A stretch of DNA of 64,000 nucleotides from assembly GCA_963827085.1 (NCBI GenBank), contig CAWGZY010000003.1:1372856-1436855 (forward strand), written 5' to 3'. The position numbers and the translations under genes are program-made. Source of the stretch: an uncultured Bacteroidota bacterium. GTDB taxonomy: Bacteria; Bacteroidota; Ignavibacteria; UBA10030; UBA8401. Below the pieces are notes generated by a model that saw only the letters and a list, made by a program, of their open reading frames with translations, ran no database searches and was not told where the DNA came from. Position 1 is the first letter of the stretch; the number at the start of each line of letters is the position of its first letter. Shown one piece after another: positions 40,046 to 47,896 of the stretch.

Positions 40046-42919
40046 CTATTTGCTTTTGTTGCTCATTGCGATCGATTGCTGGCTACCGTCGTACGTTACA
40101 GACGCGTCCGGTTTCGATTGGAAAGTAAGGTCGGTAGGCTTCCCGTCGCCAATCCAGACGATTTCAAATGTTCTCGTCCCAAGCATCCCCGGGAACTCCC
40201 CTTGCCGTTTTCCAATTGTCAGAATATGATCCTTCTCATTGTAATTCAACGGAATAACTGAAAACTTTCCCTTTTCATAATTGTAGTTGACGTTCTCATC
40301 CTCATACAATGTAAATGAGCCGTCGCTGCCGGTGTAAATAAATAAACGGATTGGTTCGGCAGGCTTTTCCGTTGCATACTGGATATCCGGACCGCAGGGA
40401 ATAATCGACCCTTCTTTCACAAAAATTGGCATGTCTGTGTATGGCGCATTCGCCTCTATTGTTTGTCCGCCTGTAAGATGCCGGCCGGAACGAAGTTCAT
40501 ACCAGCTTGTTCCGGAAGGAAGATAGACGGTACGTGTTCGGGCTTTGTATTCGGTTACCGGATTAATGAGCAGGGCGGGACCGAACATAAATTGATCTCC
40601 AATACTGAGTACATTTTTGTCATCGCTAAAATCCATCACCAAGCCGCGCATGATTGTGTAATCGTTCTGTGTAACCATGCCCGTCAGCGAATAAATGTAC
40701 GGCATGAGTCGATAGCGCAGTTTATCGTACGCAAGCATTGATTGGTATGCAGGATGATTCTCGGGCGCGACGTAGAACATTTCACGATAGGGGAATTGGC
40801 CATGCACACGAAGCAGCGGGCAAAACGCCCCGAACTGAAACCAGCGAGTCATTAATTCGCGCCATTCAGCCAAATCGGAATCGTTCGGATGTTCGTACCG
40901 CGGTTCAACCGCAAAACCTCCGATGTCTGTCGTCCAATAAGGAATGCCGGATAAAGAAAAATTCAGGCCAGCCGCAATCTGCGCCTTGAGATCAAACCAA
41001 CGGGCGGCAATATCGCCGCTCCAGGTTGCAGCCGGGTAGCGCTGCTGCCCGGCAAAAGCAGAACGCGTCAGGACAAACACGCGCTGGTCGGGATTGGTGA
41101 TGCGCTGTCCTTCGTAGACTGCCTGGGTGTTGACGAGAGAATAAGTGTTGGCGTACCGTGCACCGCTTCCCAACGCCGTCGGACCCTGCCGCAGGATGGT
41201 CTCATCTCTCGACAGATTGGATTGAATGTCCGGTTCCGTGCAATCCAACCACCAAGCGTCAAAACCTTTTGAGAATAATTGTTCGTTGATTTGCTTCCAG
41301 AAAAGTTTGCGCGCTCCTTCACTATATGGATCGTAAAATGTTGAAACGTATCCCGGGCCGACCCAGTCCTTTTGCCCCTGCTCCACGTTGCGCATGTACA
41401 ACCATCCGCTATCTTTAAATGCCTCATAATGTTTTGTACCGACGTAGAACTTGGGCCATACCGAAATCATGATGTGGGTGTGCAGGTCGTTGTGCAGTTC
41501 ATTCACCATGCCTGCCGGGTCCGGATACCGTGTTGAATCAAATTCGTGGCTCCCCCACTGGTCTTCTTTCCAGTAAAACCAATCCTGAACGATATTGTCG
41601 AGCGGGATCTGACGTCTCCGAAATTCTTTGACGACTGAAAGCAATTCCTCCTGAGTTTTGTACCGCTCGCGGCACTGCCATAGTCCCATCGCCCATTTGG
41701 GCATCATTGGAGCCTTGCCGGTAATTTCGCGGTATCCCTGAATAACCTGATCGGTATTATCTCCACGCACAAAGTAATAGTCGATCTGATCGGCGATTTC
41801 GGAATAGAGCGAAACCGCATTCTTGTTCGCATCCGGTTCGGGTCCGAGACACTTCAGCCCGATGTAACCGCCGGTATGCACCCATTCGATTTTTATCTGA
41901 TAGCGCTTCCCCGCTTCCATGTCCAGGCTCAGCAAATGCGTCCACGGGAGCCAGTTTTGCCGCCAGGCATCAACAACAAGCTTGCCGTTCAGCCACATTT
42001 TTGTGTATCCGCATGCGTACAATCTAAACTTGTGAAGACCCGTTTCACGGCTTTCCATTTCTCCGCTCCAACGCACAGCAGCCACATTCTCATGGAACCC
42101 TGCCGGGTATTCGTCATTCACATCGGTGAACTCATGTTCGATCCGCGGTTCAGCGCGCGATGTGAATAGTGAATCAAACCCCGCGTCTTTAAAATACTCC
42201 GCTGTCAATCCCCCCTCAGCTCCGTTCCTGCCATAGAGTTTGAGTGTGGAGAGTGATTGATATTCCCGGATATCTCCGAATTTCGAATGGGAATTATTGT
42301 CCCACAGAATTCCATAATTCTTGCTGGATACCAGGAAGGGGTTCACGTCGACAATATTGTATTGCCACAAGTCAATGTCATGCCCTTTGTAGTTCATGAC
42401 CGCATTTTGATATTCGCCCAGGCCGTAGAATGCTTCGTCGTCGGGGGATTCGAAAAGCTGCTGGATGTGAAAAGTTTTTTCTCCCAGCACTTCAGCCGGG
42501 GTAATAACTTTGCCGCCGTTAGCTTTTTCTTGAAGAAGCGGCCGGCCGTTGGTGTCGTAAAATTCAACTGCCCCGTTCTTCGGGTTTACGCGCACCATTA
42601 CTTTGGATGTCGAGATTTCTACGCGGTCGTTTTTCTCGACCACAGTCCAACGCACCGGGTCCCAGCCGGTTTTGTTAACCATCAAACTCGCGCGTGTCGA
42701 AAAGGATTTCTCAGCCGTCGACAGCACGCGGATAATATTGTCAGTGCACACCTGGATTTTCACCCATCGAGGATCCGTTTCTTTTTGTTTTTTGATTTCG
42801 AAGAGAACGCCGTCGGCTTGTTTTTCATAAGCAAGAGAATAGCGGGTGTCGAAAAGAATAAAGGCGGCGATGATGAGACTGGTCAAGCACTGTTTCAGCT
42901 GCATGGAACGTCCTTTCAA
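40046..42919 (-). CDS. Glycoside hydrolase family 31 with PA14 domain inserted in the N-terminal region
   Basis: It has a signal peptide (MQLKQCLTSLIIAAFILF). The PA14 segment, NVAAVRWSGEMESRETGLHKFRLYACGYTKMWLNGKLVVD, lies before the (beta/alpha)8 core. GH31 motifs are GIPYWTTDIGGF and WLDCTEPD. The C-terminus is collinear with the other GH31s. Confidence 0.9.
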   Translation of the reverse strand: MKGRSMQLKQCLTSLIIAAFILFDTRYSLAYEKQADGVLFEIKKQKETDPRWVKIQVCTDNIIRVLSTAEKSFSTRASLMVNKTGWDPVRWTVVEKNDRVEISTSKVMVRVNPKNGAVEFYDTNGRPLLQEKANGGKVITPAEVLGEKTFHIQQLFESPDDEAFYGLGEYQNAVMNYKGHDIDLWQYNIVDVNPFLVSSKNYGILWDNNSHSKFGDIREYQSLSTLKLYGRNGAEGGLTAEYFKDAGFDSLFTSRAEPRIEHEFTDVNDEYPAGFHENVAAVRWSGEMESRETGLHKFRLYACGYTKMWLNGKLVVDAWRQNWLPWTHLLSLDMEAGKRYQIKIEWVHTGGYIGLKCLGPEPDANKNAVSLYSEIADQIDYYFVRGDNTDQVIQGYREITGKAPMMPKWAMGLWQCRERYKTQEELLSVVKEFRRRQIPLDNIVQDWFYWKEDQWGSHEFDSTRYPDPAGMVNELHNDLHTHIMISVWPKFYVGTKHYEAFKDSGWLYMRNVEQGQKDWVGPGYVSTFYDPYSEGARKLFWKQINEQLFSKGFDAWWLDCTEPDIQSNLSRDETILRQGPTALGSGARYANTYSLVNTQAVYEGQRITNPDQRVFVLTRSAFAGQQRYPAATWSGDIAARWFDLKAQIAAGLNFSLSGIPYWTTDIGGFAVEPRYEHPNDSDLAEWRELMTRWFQFGAFCPLLRVHGQFPYREMFYVAPENHPAYQSMLAYDKLRYRLMPYIYSLTGMVTQNDYTIMRGLVMDFSDDKNVLSIGDQFMFGPALLINPVTEYKARTRTVYLPSGTSWYELRSGRHLTGGQTIEANAPYTDMPIFVKEGSIIPCGPDIQYATEKPAEPIRLFIYTGSDGSFTLYEDENVNYNYEKGKFSVIPLNYNEKDHILTIGKRQGEFPGMLGTRTFEIVWIGDGKPTDLTFQSKPDASVTYDGSQQSIAMSNKSK

Positions 42920-43241
42920 TGAACTCTTTTCAGAGACAATTCATTATCGACAAATCCGGCAAGAGTGGCGACTTCCGATCGGTACTGTCAGGGATACTCC
43001 TGAGAAACAGAGAACTGACGCTACGCGGGGTTTAAAAGGTTTGACACTCCAACGAGACGCCGCTGGCACACAACACTAAGACACGAAAACTTTTTAAGGA
43101 AAGCTTCAATGTGTAATGTCCATTAATTAAAAGCTTTGTTGTTCTTAGTGGCTTTGCAACTTCGTGGCAATAATATTGGCGTTTTGCCTAATATCAGGGA
43201 TTAATTCTCCCTCAGACAGCGACGTACTTTTGTGAGGAGAT

Positions 43242-44561
43242 TTAATGAATGTACGAATTCAGAATGTTCTCCAGCATTTCCTGGCGGCCGCTTTTCAGTG
43301 CCGGCGCCCCTTCATTGAGAATCCACTTCTCCAATTCCTCCAGCCCGATTTGCCCGGACATAATCTTGGCTCCTACACCGGAATTAAAACTAGAGTATCG
43401 CTCTTCAACAAAACTGCTGAGTGCTTTATCCTTTATCATTTCATGAGCAATAAGGAGCCCCCGTGCAAATGTGTCCATTCCGCCAATATGAGCATAGAAG
43501 AGGTCCGTTGGATCGTTCGAACTGCGCCGTACTTTCGCATCGAAATTAAGCCCTCCCTTGCCCAGCCCGTTTTGGTTCAGGATGATCATCATCGCCAGTG
43601 TCGCGCTGTAAATGTCTGTTGGAAATTGATCCGTATCCCAGCCGAGGAGCATGTCGCCTCTATTTGCGTCAACGCTCCCTAATTTTCCGGCGGCCGAGGC
43701 AATTCCCAATTCGTGTTCGAATGAATGGCCGGCAAGAGTGGCGTGATTCGCTTCGATATTCAATTTAAAATGGTCGAGCAAATCATGTTCCTTCAGGAAA
43801 TAGAGTGTTGTTGCAGAATCGAAATCATATTGATGTTTTGTCGGCTCAGCCGGTTTAGGCTCGATAAGAAACTGCCCTTCGAAACCGATTTTTTTCTTAT
43901 AGTCGACAGCCATATGAAGAAAGCGCGCCATCTGCTCTTGTTCTCTTTTCAAATTGGTATTGAGCAATGTCTCGTAACCCTCCCGTCCCCCCCAAAAGAC
44001 ATAATTCTCGCCGCCAAGTTCCTTCGTTGCATCAATGGCATTTTTTATTTGCGCAGCTGCGTGAGCCATCACGTGCGCATTCGGACTCGTCCCTGCTCCT
44101 TGAGAATACATGGGACTGCCGAATAAATTCGCTGTCCCCCAAAGAAGTTTGATGCCGGATTCTTTCTGCAAGGTTTTTGCAAATTTTACCATGGTCTCCA
44201 AGTTCCTGCACGACTCGGAGAAACTTTCGCCTTCAGGCGCAATGTCGCGGTCATGGAAGCAATAGTAGTCGGCGCCGAGCTTTTGAAAGAACTCAAACGC
44301 TGCCGCCATCGTTTCTTTGGCGCGAGCAATCGGATCCTTTGCGGCATGCCATTCTCTTACAAAACTCGGACCGCCAAACATATCGGAACCGTTCCCCATC
44401 ATCGTGTGCCAGTAGGCGACGGAAAAGCGTAAATGTTCACCCATAGATTTGCCGCCGACTTGCTGGTGCTTATCGTAGTATTTGAAAGCCAGAGGGTTCT
44501 TTGAGTCCTTGCCTTCGTAAGGAATCTGTTTCTCAACTTTTGGGAAATACTTATTTACCAT
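43242..44561 (-). CDS. xylA: Xylose isomerase
   Basis: It is a full-length XylA of 439 aa. The N-terminus is MVNKYFPKVEKQIPYEGKDSKNPLAFKYYD, with FCFHDRD and WGGREGY motifs. Confidence 0.95.
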   Translation of the reverse strand: MVNKYFPKVEKQIPYEGKDSKNPLAFKYYDKHQQVGGKSMGEHLRFSVAYWHTMMGNGSDMFGGPSFVREWHAAKDPIARAKETMAAAFEFFQKLGADYYCFHDRDIAPEGESFSESCRNLETMVKFAKTLQKESGIKLLWGTANLFGSPMYSQGAGTSPNAHVMAHAAAQIKNAIDATKELGGENYVFWGGREGYETLLNTNLKREQEQMARFLHMAVDYKKKIGFEGQFLIEPKPAEPTKHQYDFDSATTLYFLKEHDLLDHFKLNIEANHATLAGHSFEHELGIASAAGKLGSVDANRGDMLLGWDTDQFPTDIYSATLAMMIILNQNGLGKGGLNFDAKVRRSSNDPTDLFYAHIGGMDTFARGLLIAHEMIKDKALSSFVEERYSSFNSGVGAKIMSGQIGLEELEKWILNEGAPALKSGRQEMLENILNSYIH

Positions 44562-44670
44562 ATTCTTCCTCTATTCTCATCATAGCCTAATTTTGGAAAG
44601 GCTTTTATTTCTAGCAGCAAATAATGAGGCGATGCACTACCGCCATGAGCAGAACGCTCATCCCTCGCCA

Positions 44671-44696
44671 GTTCAAGTTGAATTGAACCGTTTCAA
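44671..44696. promoter_or_regulatory. Array of four alternating TTGAA/TTCAA half-sites (GTTCAAgTTGAAtTGAACcgtTTCAA) about 110-135 nt upstream of xylA
   Basis: The inverted repeat GTTCAA-N6-TTGAAC and the 14-bp palindrome TTGAAcCGtTTCAA share a central half-site. The latter is like a LacI/cre-type operator. Confidence 0.3.
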
Positions 44697-45377
44697 TGGT
44701 ATGAAGAAAATTTCAATATGTCAAGCAAAATAATGGCGAGTTAATTCTCCAAAACTTTTTGCAGATTTTTTTTCCAAACTTCGTACGCGAAGCCGATGGC
44801 GAAGCCATTCCCTCGGGATTTGCACGAGCCGTACTTTTTGGATTATTCAGAAGTCTCTATTCTTAAAAATTACTTACAATAATTTTTTCGACGATATACA
44901 TTATCATTGAAGCATGATAGGATACCTAAAATTAACCCTATAATCCTATAATAAAGAGTCAACGGTCTGGGGGCGAAGGGTCTAACGATGAATTTTATTT
45001 TTCGACATTGGCAAAGTCGAAAAGCACCTGGTTGCCGCCTCAAGCAGTATCGCGATCGCTGGTGGAGTTTTATTTAATGCTCGCCACGGTGCGTTTCCTT
45101 TCAGGGCATATTCACGCAAGACACTTGTTTCTTTACCCGTAAGGGCTAGGAGGAGGTCGCCTTTTGGCATAATAAATGAAACATAATAACGTGCACTGTA
45201 TCCGTTGACAAGGAAAGTGTGAACTTAGGGTGTTTTTCAAGCCACAGGCAAAAATGGCTAACCACTGAGGGTGGAGAAATATGGACAGTAGAAGATTATT
45301 AGCCAAAAAACTTTAGCGCAATAGCTCAACGTGATTAGAATTAACCATTTAATGCATTGATCCATACGGAGTTCCAC

Positions 45378-45779
45378 ATGAAAGCTCCTCCCCTTCCTTA
45401 TTCAGCCTTGGTGGTTGATGATTCTGCTCACAGCCGCATACTTCTTTTGAGGCTTCTTCAGCGTAGCGGAATATCGCAGGTTGAATTGGCTGTAAATGGC
45501 GCCGATGGTATACAACGATATAAAGCATCAAAACCGGATATGGTCTTCCTTGACGCGATCATGCCGGAAATGGACGGCCTGACAGCGCTCCGGGAAATAA
45601 AGCAAATCGATCCTGTATCTATTGTTGTCATGACAACGTCATTATCGGAAAAGGAAAAAGTCATCCAATTTAAAGATGCCGGCGCGAATTATTACTTGCT
45701 CAAACCGTTCGAGAATGACAAATTCGATCAGACACTTCTGAAAATACTTGCGCTCCTTGCCCAGCGTGCGAAGGAGTAA
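45378..45779 (+). CDS. Single-domain CheY-like response regulator (receiver only)
   Basis: The receiver domain carries the phospho-acceptor context MVFLDAIMPEMDG. A GGAG Shine-Dalgarno sits 6 nt upstream of the ATG at 45378; the ORF opens at 45357. Confidence 0.85.
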   Translation: MKAPPLPYSALVVDDSAHSRILLLRLLQRSGISQVELAVNGADGIQRYKASKPDMVFLDAIMPEMDGLTALREIKQIDPVSIVVMTTSLSEKEKVIQFKDAGANYYLLKPFENDKFDQTLLKILALLAQRAKE

Positions 45780-45782
45780 AAT

Positions 45783-46100
45783 ATGGAATGTCCGAACTGC
45801 AAAGCTAGCAACGGAGAAACAAAGCGATTCTGCACAGCGTGCGGGACCCCCTTAGGCGCGCTGTGCAAACGATGCGGCAAAATGGGTCAGCCTGATGACA
45901 AGTATTGCGGCGAATGCGGAACCGCTCTTGTCACATCGTCCAATGAACATTTGTTCTCTCATCCTGCCGAGGCCGGAGCTCCCAAACAATACGCACCGGA
46001 CGAAATCGAAGAACTTGTTTCTCTCCGTAAAATAGCCCGGCAAGAAGAGGCCGCGTCGGAAAGAGTAACGCAACATGACATTGATTCAATTTTCAGTTAA
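45783..46100 (+). CDS. Double zinc-ribbon protein
   Basis: It has two CxxC...CxxC pairs (CPNCK...CTAC; CKRC...CGEC). It starts 3 nt after the preceding stop. Confidence 0.6.
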   Translation: MECPNCKASNGETKRFCTACGTPLGALCKRCGKMGQPDDKYCGECGTALVTSSNEHLFSHPAEAGAPKQYAPDEIEELVSLRKIARQEEAASERVTQHDIDSIFS

Positions 46101-46111
46101 CGGCTAATCGT

Positions 46112-46588
46112 ATGACAACAGAAGAACAACAATTTCTCAAAGCTCTCGTCGATCGGCACACTCTAACCCGCGAGTTGTTGAACGTGAAAGGGTCTGCATT
46201 TGAAACCGTCGCGCGTGAAAAGGGAGTGGCACGCGCCCTCACTGCGGTCTTCAATCTTTCAGAGGATACCATTGCGGATACTCTTGCCGAGGTGTTCAAC
46301 TTTGCACGAATGCCGATCGCTAAAGAAATCGAGACAGCCCCGGAACAAATACTTACCGAAGAAGAGATCCTGCACTTTCGCGTTCTTCCGGTATTCCTTA
46401 TCGGTCTGGAACTCACGATGGCCTTCATCGACCCGCCGGTGAAACAGATCATCTTGCATCTGCAGCGACTGACGGGACACAGGGTTCTTCCGGTCTTCAC
46501 AACGTTTTCCGATTTCGACGCGGCGATGAAAAAGTTACCATGGCGCCATCGACCGTATCCAGTCGATCAAGTCATCCCTCCCTCTTGA
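46112..46588 (+). CDS. GspE/PilB-family ATPase N-terminal (T2SSE_N / MshEN-like) domain, encoded in a separate frame from the ATPase core
   Basis: FRVLPVFLIGLELTMAFIDPPVKQIILHLQRLTGHRVLPVFTTFSDFDAAM matches the T2SSE_N fold. Its frame differs from the downstream ATPase core; a +1 switch at the A5 run 46529-46533 fuses them. Confidence 0.7.
   Translation: MTTEEQQFLKALVDRHTLTRELLNVKGSAFETVAREKGVARALTAVFNLSEDTIADTLAEVFNFARMPIAKEIETAPEQILTEEEILHFRVLPVFLIGLELTMAFIDPPVKQIILHLQRLTGHRVLPVFTTFSDFDAAMKKLPWRHRPYPVDQVIPPS
46529..46533 (+). other. A5 homopolymer at which a +1 frame change would join the GspE N1 domain and ATPase core into one gene of about 566 aa
   Basis: Frame 2 reads ...AAMKKLPW. If one A is removed from atgaaaaagtta, the reading becomes ...AAMKSYHGAIDRIQSIKSSLPLEKYDIKVRKGSAQALEGTGDPTIAELTEEV. 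Confidence 0.6.
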
Positions 46589-46628
46589 AAAATATGATAT
46601 TAAAGTACGGAAAGGATCGGCGCAAGCG

Positions 46629-47807
46629 TTGGAAGGCACCGGCGATCCGACAATAGCGGAGTTAACCGAAGAGGTGTTGCTTCGCGCCGCGAAGGCGGGC
46701 GCAAGCGATATCCACGTGGAGCCGATGGAAGAAGAGCTCATGATTCGCTTTCGTGTAGACGGCGTGCTTCACCGGGAGATCTCGTTCCCGCTGTCCTATC
46801 ACCAGGGGATGGCCTCAGTGCTCAAATCAAAATCCGGCATGGATATGTTTGAACACTCAATCGCGCAGGACGGGAGATTCACGTTAAAATTTGCCGACCG
46901 CGTTTTCGACGTTCGGGTGAGCAGTCTTCCGCTTCTCAACGGCGAAAAGATCGTCATGCGCCTTCTCGGTAAATCTTCCATGATGATCGACCTGGCCAAC
47001 CTTGGATTCACTGAAAACAATCTCCGCCTTTTTCGTTCGCTGCTCAACCTTCCGAACGGAATCATTCTGGTCACGGGACCGACCGGCAGCGGAAAAACCA
47101 CAACCCTCTATTCAGCATTGAATGAGCTAAAAGACATTTCGATTAACATCACAACCGTTGAGGATCCGGTCGAATATAAGCTTCCTCTTATCAATCAAGT
47201 TCAGGTCATGGCGGAACGCGGCTTGACGTTTGGATCGGTGCTTCGTGCAATACTGCGCCAGGACCCGAACATCATTCTTGTGGGAGAAATCCGGGACGCA
47301 GAAACCGGAATGATTGCAACTGAAGCCGCCCTGACGGGGCACCGTGTTGTCAGCACCCTTCATACCAATGATGCCATCGGTGCAATTTCTCGAATGGTCA
47401 ATCTCGGCATAGCGTCGTTCTGGGTGAGTGCGTCCGTGATCGGTGTCATTTCGCAGCGCCTTGTCCGGCGAATTTGCGCCCGCTGCAAAGAGGAATATCT
47501 GCCGAGTCAAGAGAAGCTAGCAATGTTTGGACTCGCGGGCCTGCCGGCCGGCACAACTCTTTTTAGAGGCAAGGGATGCTCTTTCTGTACCGGCACAGGG
47601 TACAAAGGAAGAATGGCAATTCATGAAGTTTTTATCGTGACTGAAGAAATGCGTGACGTGATTTACGGCGAGGTCACGACGAGTAAGCTTCGCCAATTGG
47701 CAATTGAAAATAAATTTCGGGATATGCATTTTGACGGACTGCAAAAAGCCATTGCAGGAATCACGACAATAGAAGAAGTCCAGCGCGTCACCCGGCGGCT
47801 GACCTGA
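46629..47807 (+). CDS. Type II/IV secretion-family ATPase core (GspE/PilB/MshE family), N2 and C-terminal ATPase domains
   Basis: The Walker A motif is ILVTGPTGSGKTT. Other motifs are Asp/His boxes and the zinc-binding tetracysteine CARC...CSFC. This frame is open from 46530 with no in-frame ATG before the internal Met; the ORF caller used TTG at 46629. Confidence 0.8.
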   Translation: MEGTGDPTIAELTEEVLLRAAKAGASDIHVEPMEEELMIRFRVDGVLHREISFPLSYHQGMASVLKSKSGMDMFEHSIAQDGRFTLKFADRVFDVRVSSLPLLNGEKIVMRLLGKSSMMIDLANLGFTENNLRLFRSLLNLPNGIILVTGPTGSGKTTTLYSALNELKDISINITTVEDPVEYKLPLINQVQVMAERGLTFGSVLRAILRQDPNIILVGEIRDAETGMIATEAALTGHRVVSTLHTNDAIGAISRMVNLGIASFWVSASVIGVISQRLVRRICARCKEEYLPSQEKLAMFGLAGLPAGTTLFRGKGCSFCTGTGYKGRMAIHEVFIVTEEMRDVIYGEVTTSKLRQLAIENKFRDMHFDGLQKAIAGITTIEEVQRVTRRLT

Positions 47808-47896
47808 ATTTCACGGAACATCCCGGTCCGATTTTTTTTCATACAAGGATATCGCAGAATGCCCCTCAATGAAAATTGAAACAACGGAGTTATTGA

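Noticed and set aside
44955-45000. tmRNA-like start (GGGGGCGAAGG ... UUUCGAC) in the gap upstream of the CheY operon
   Set aside because: The spacing and downstream sequence do not fit tmRNA: no tag reading frame, no T-arm and no CCA end.
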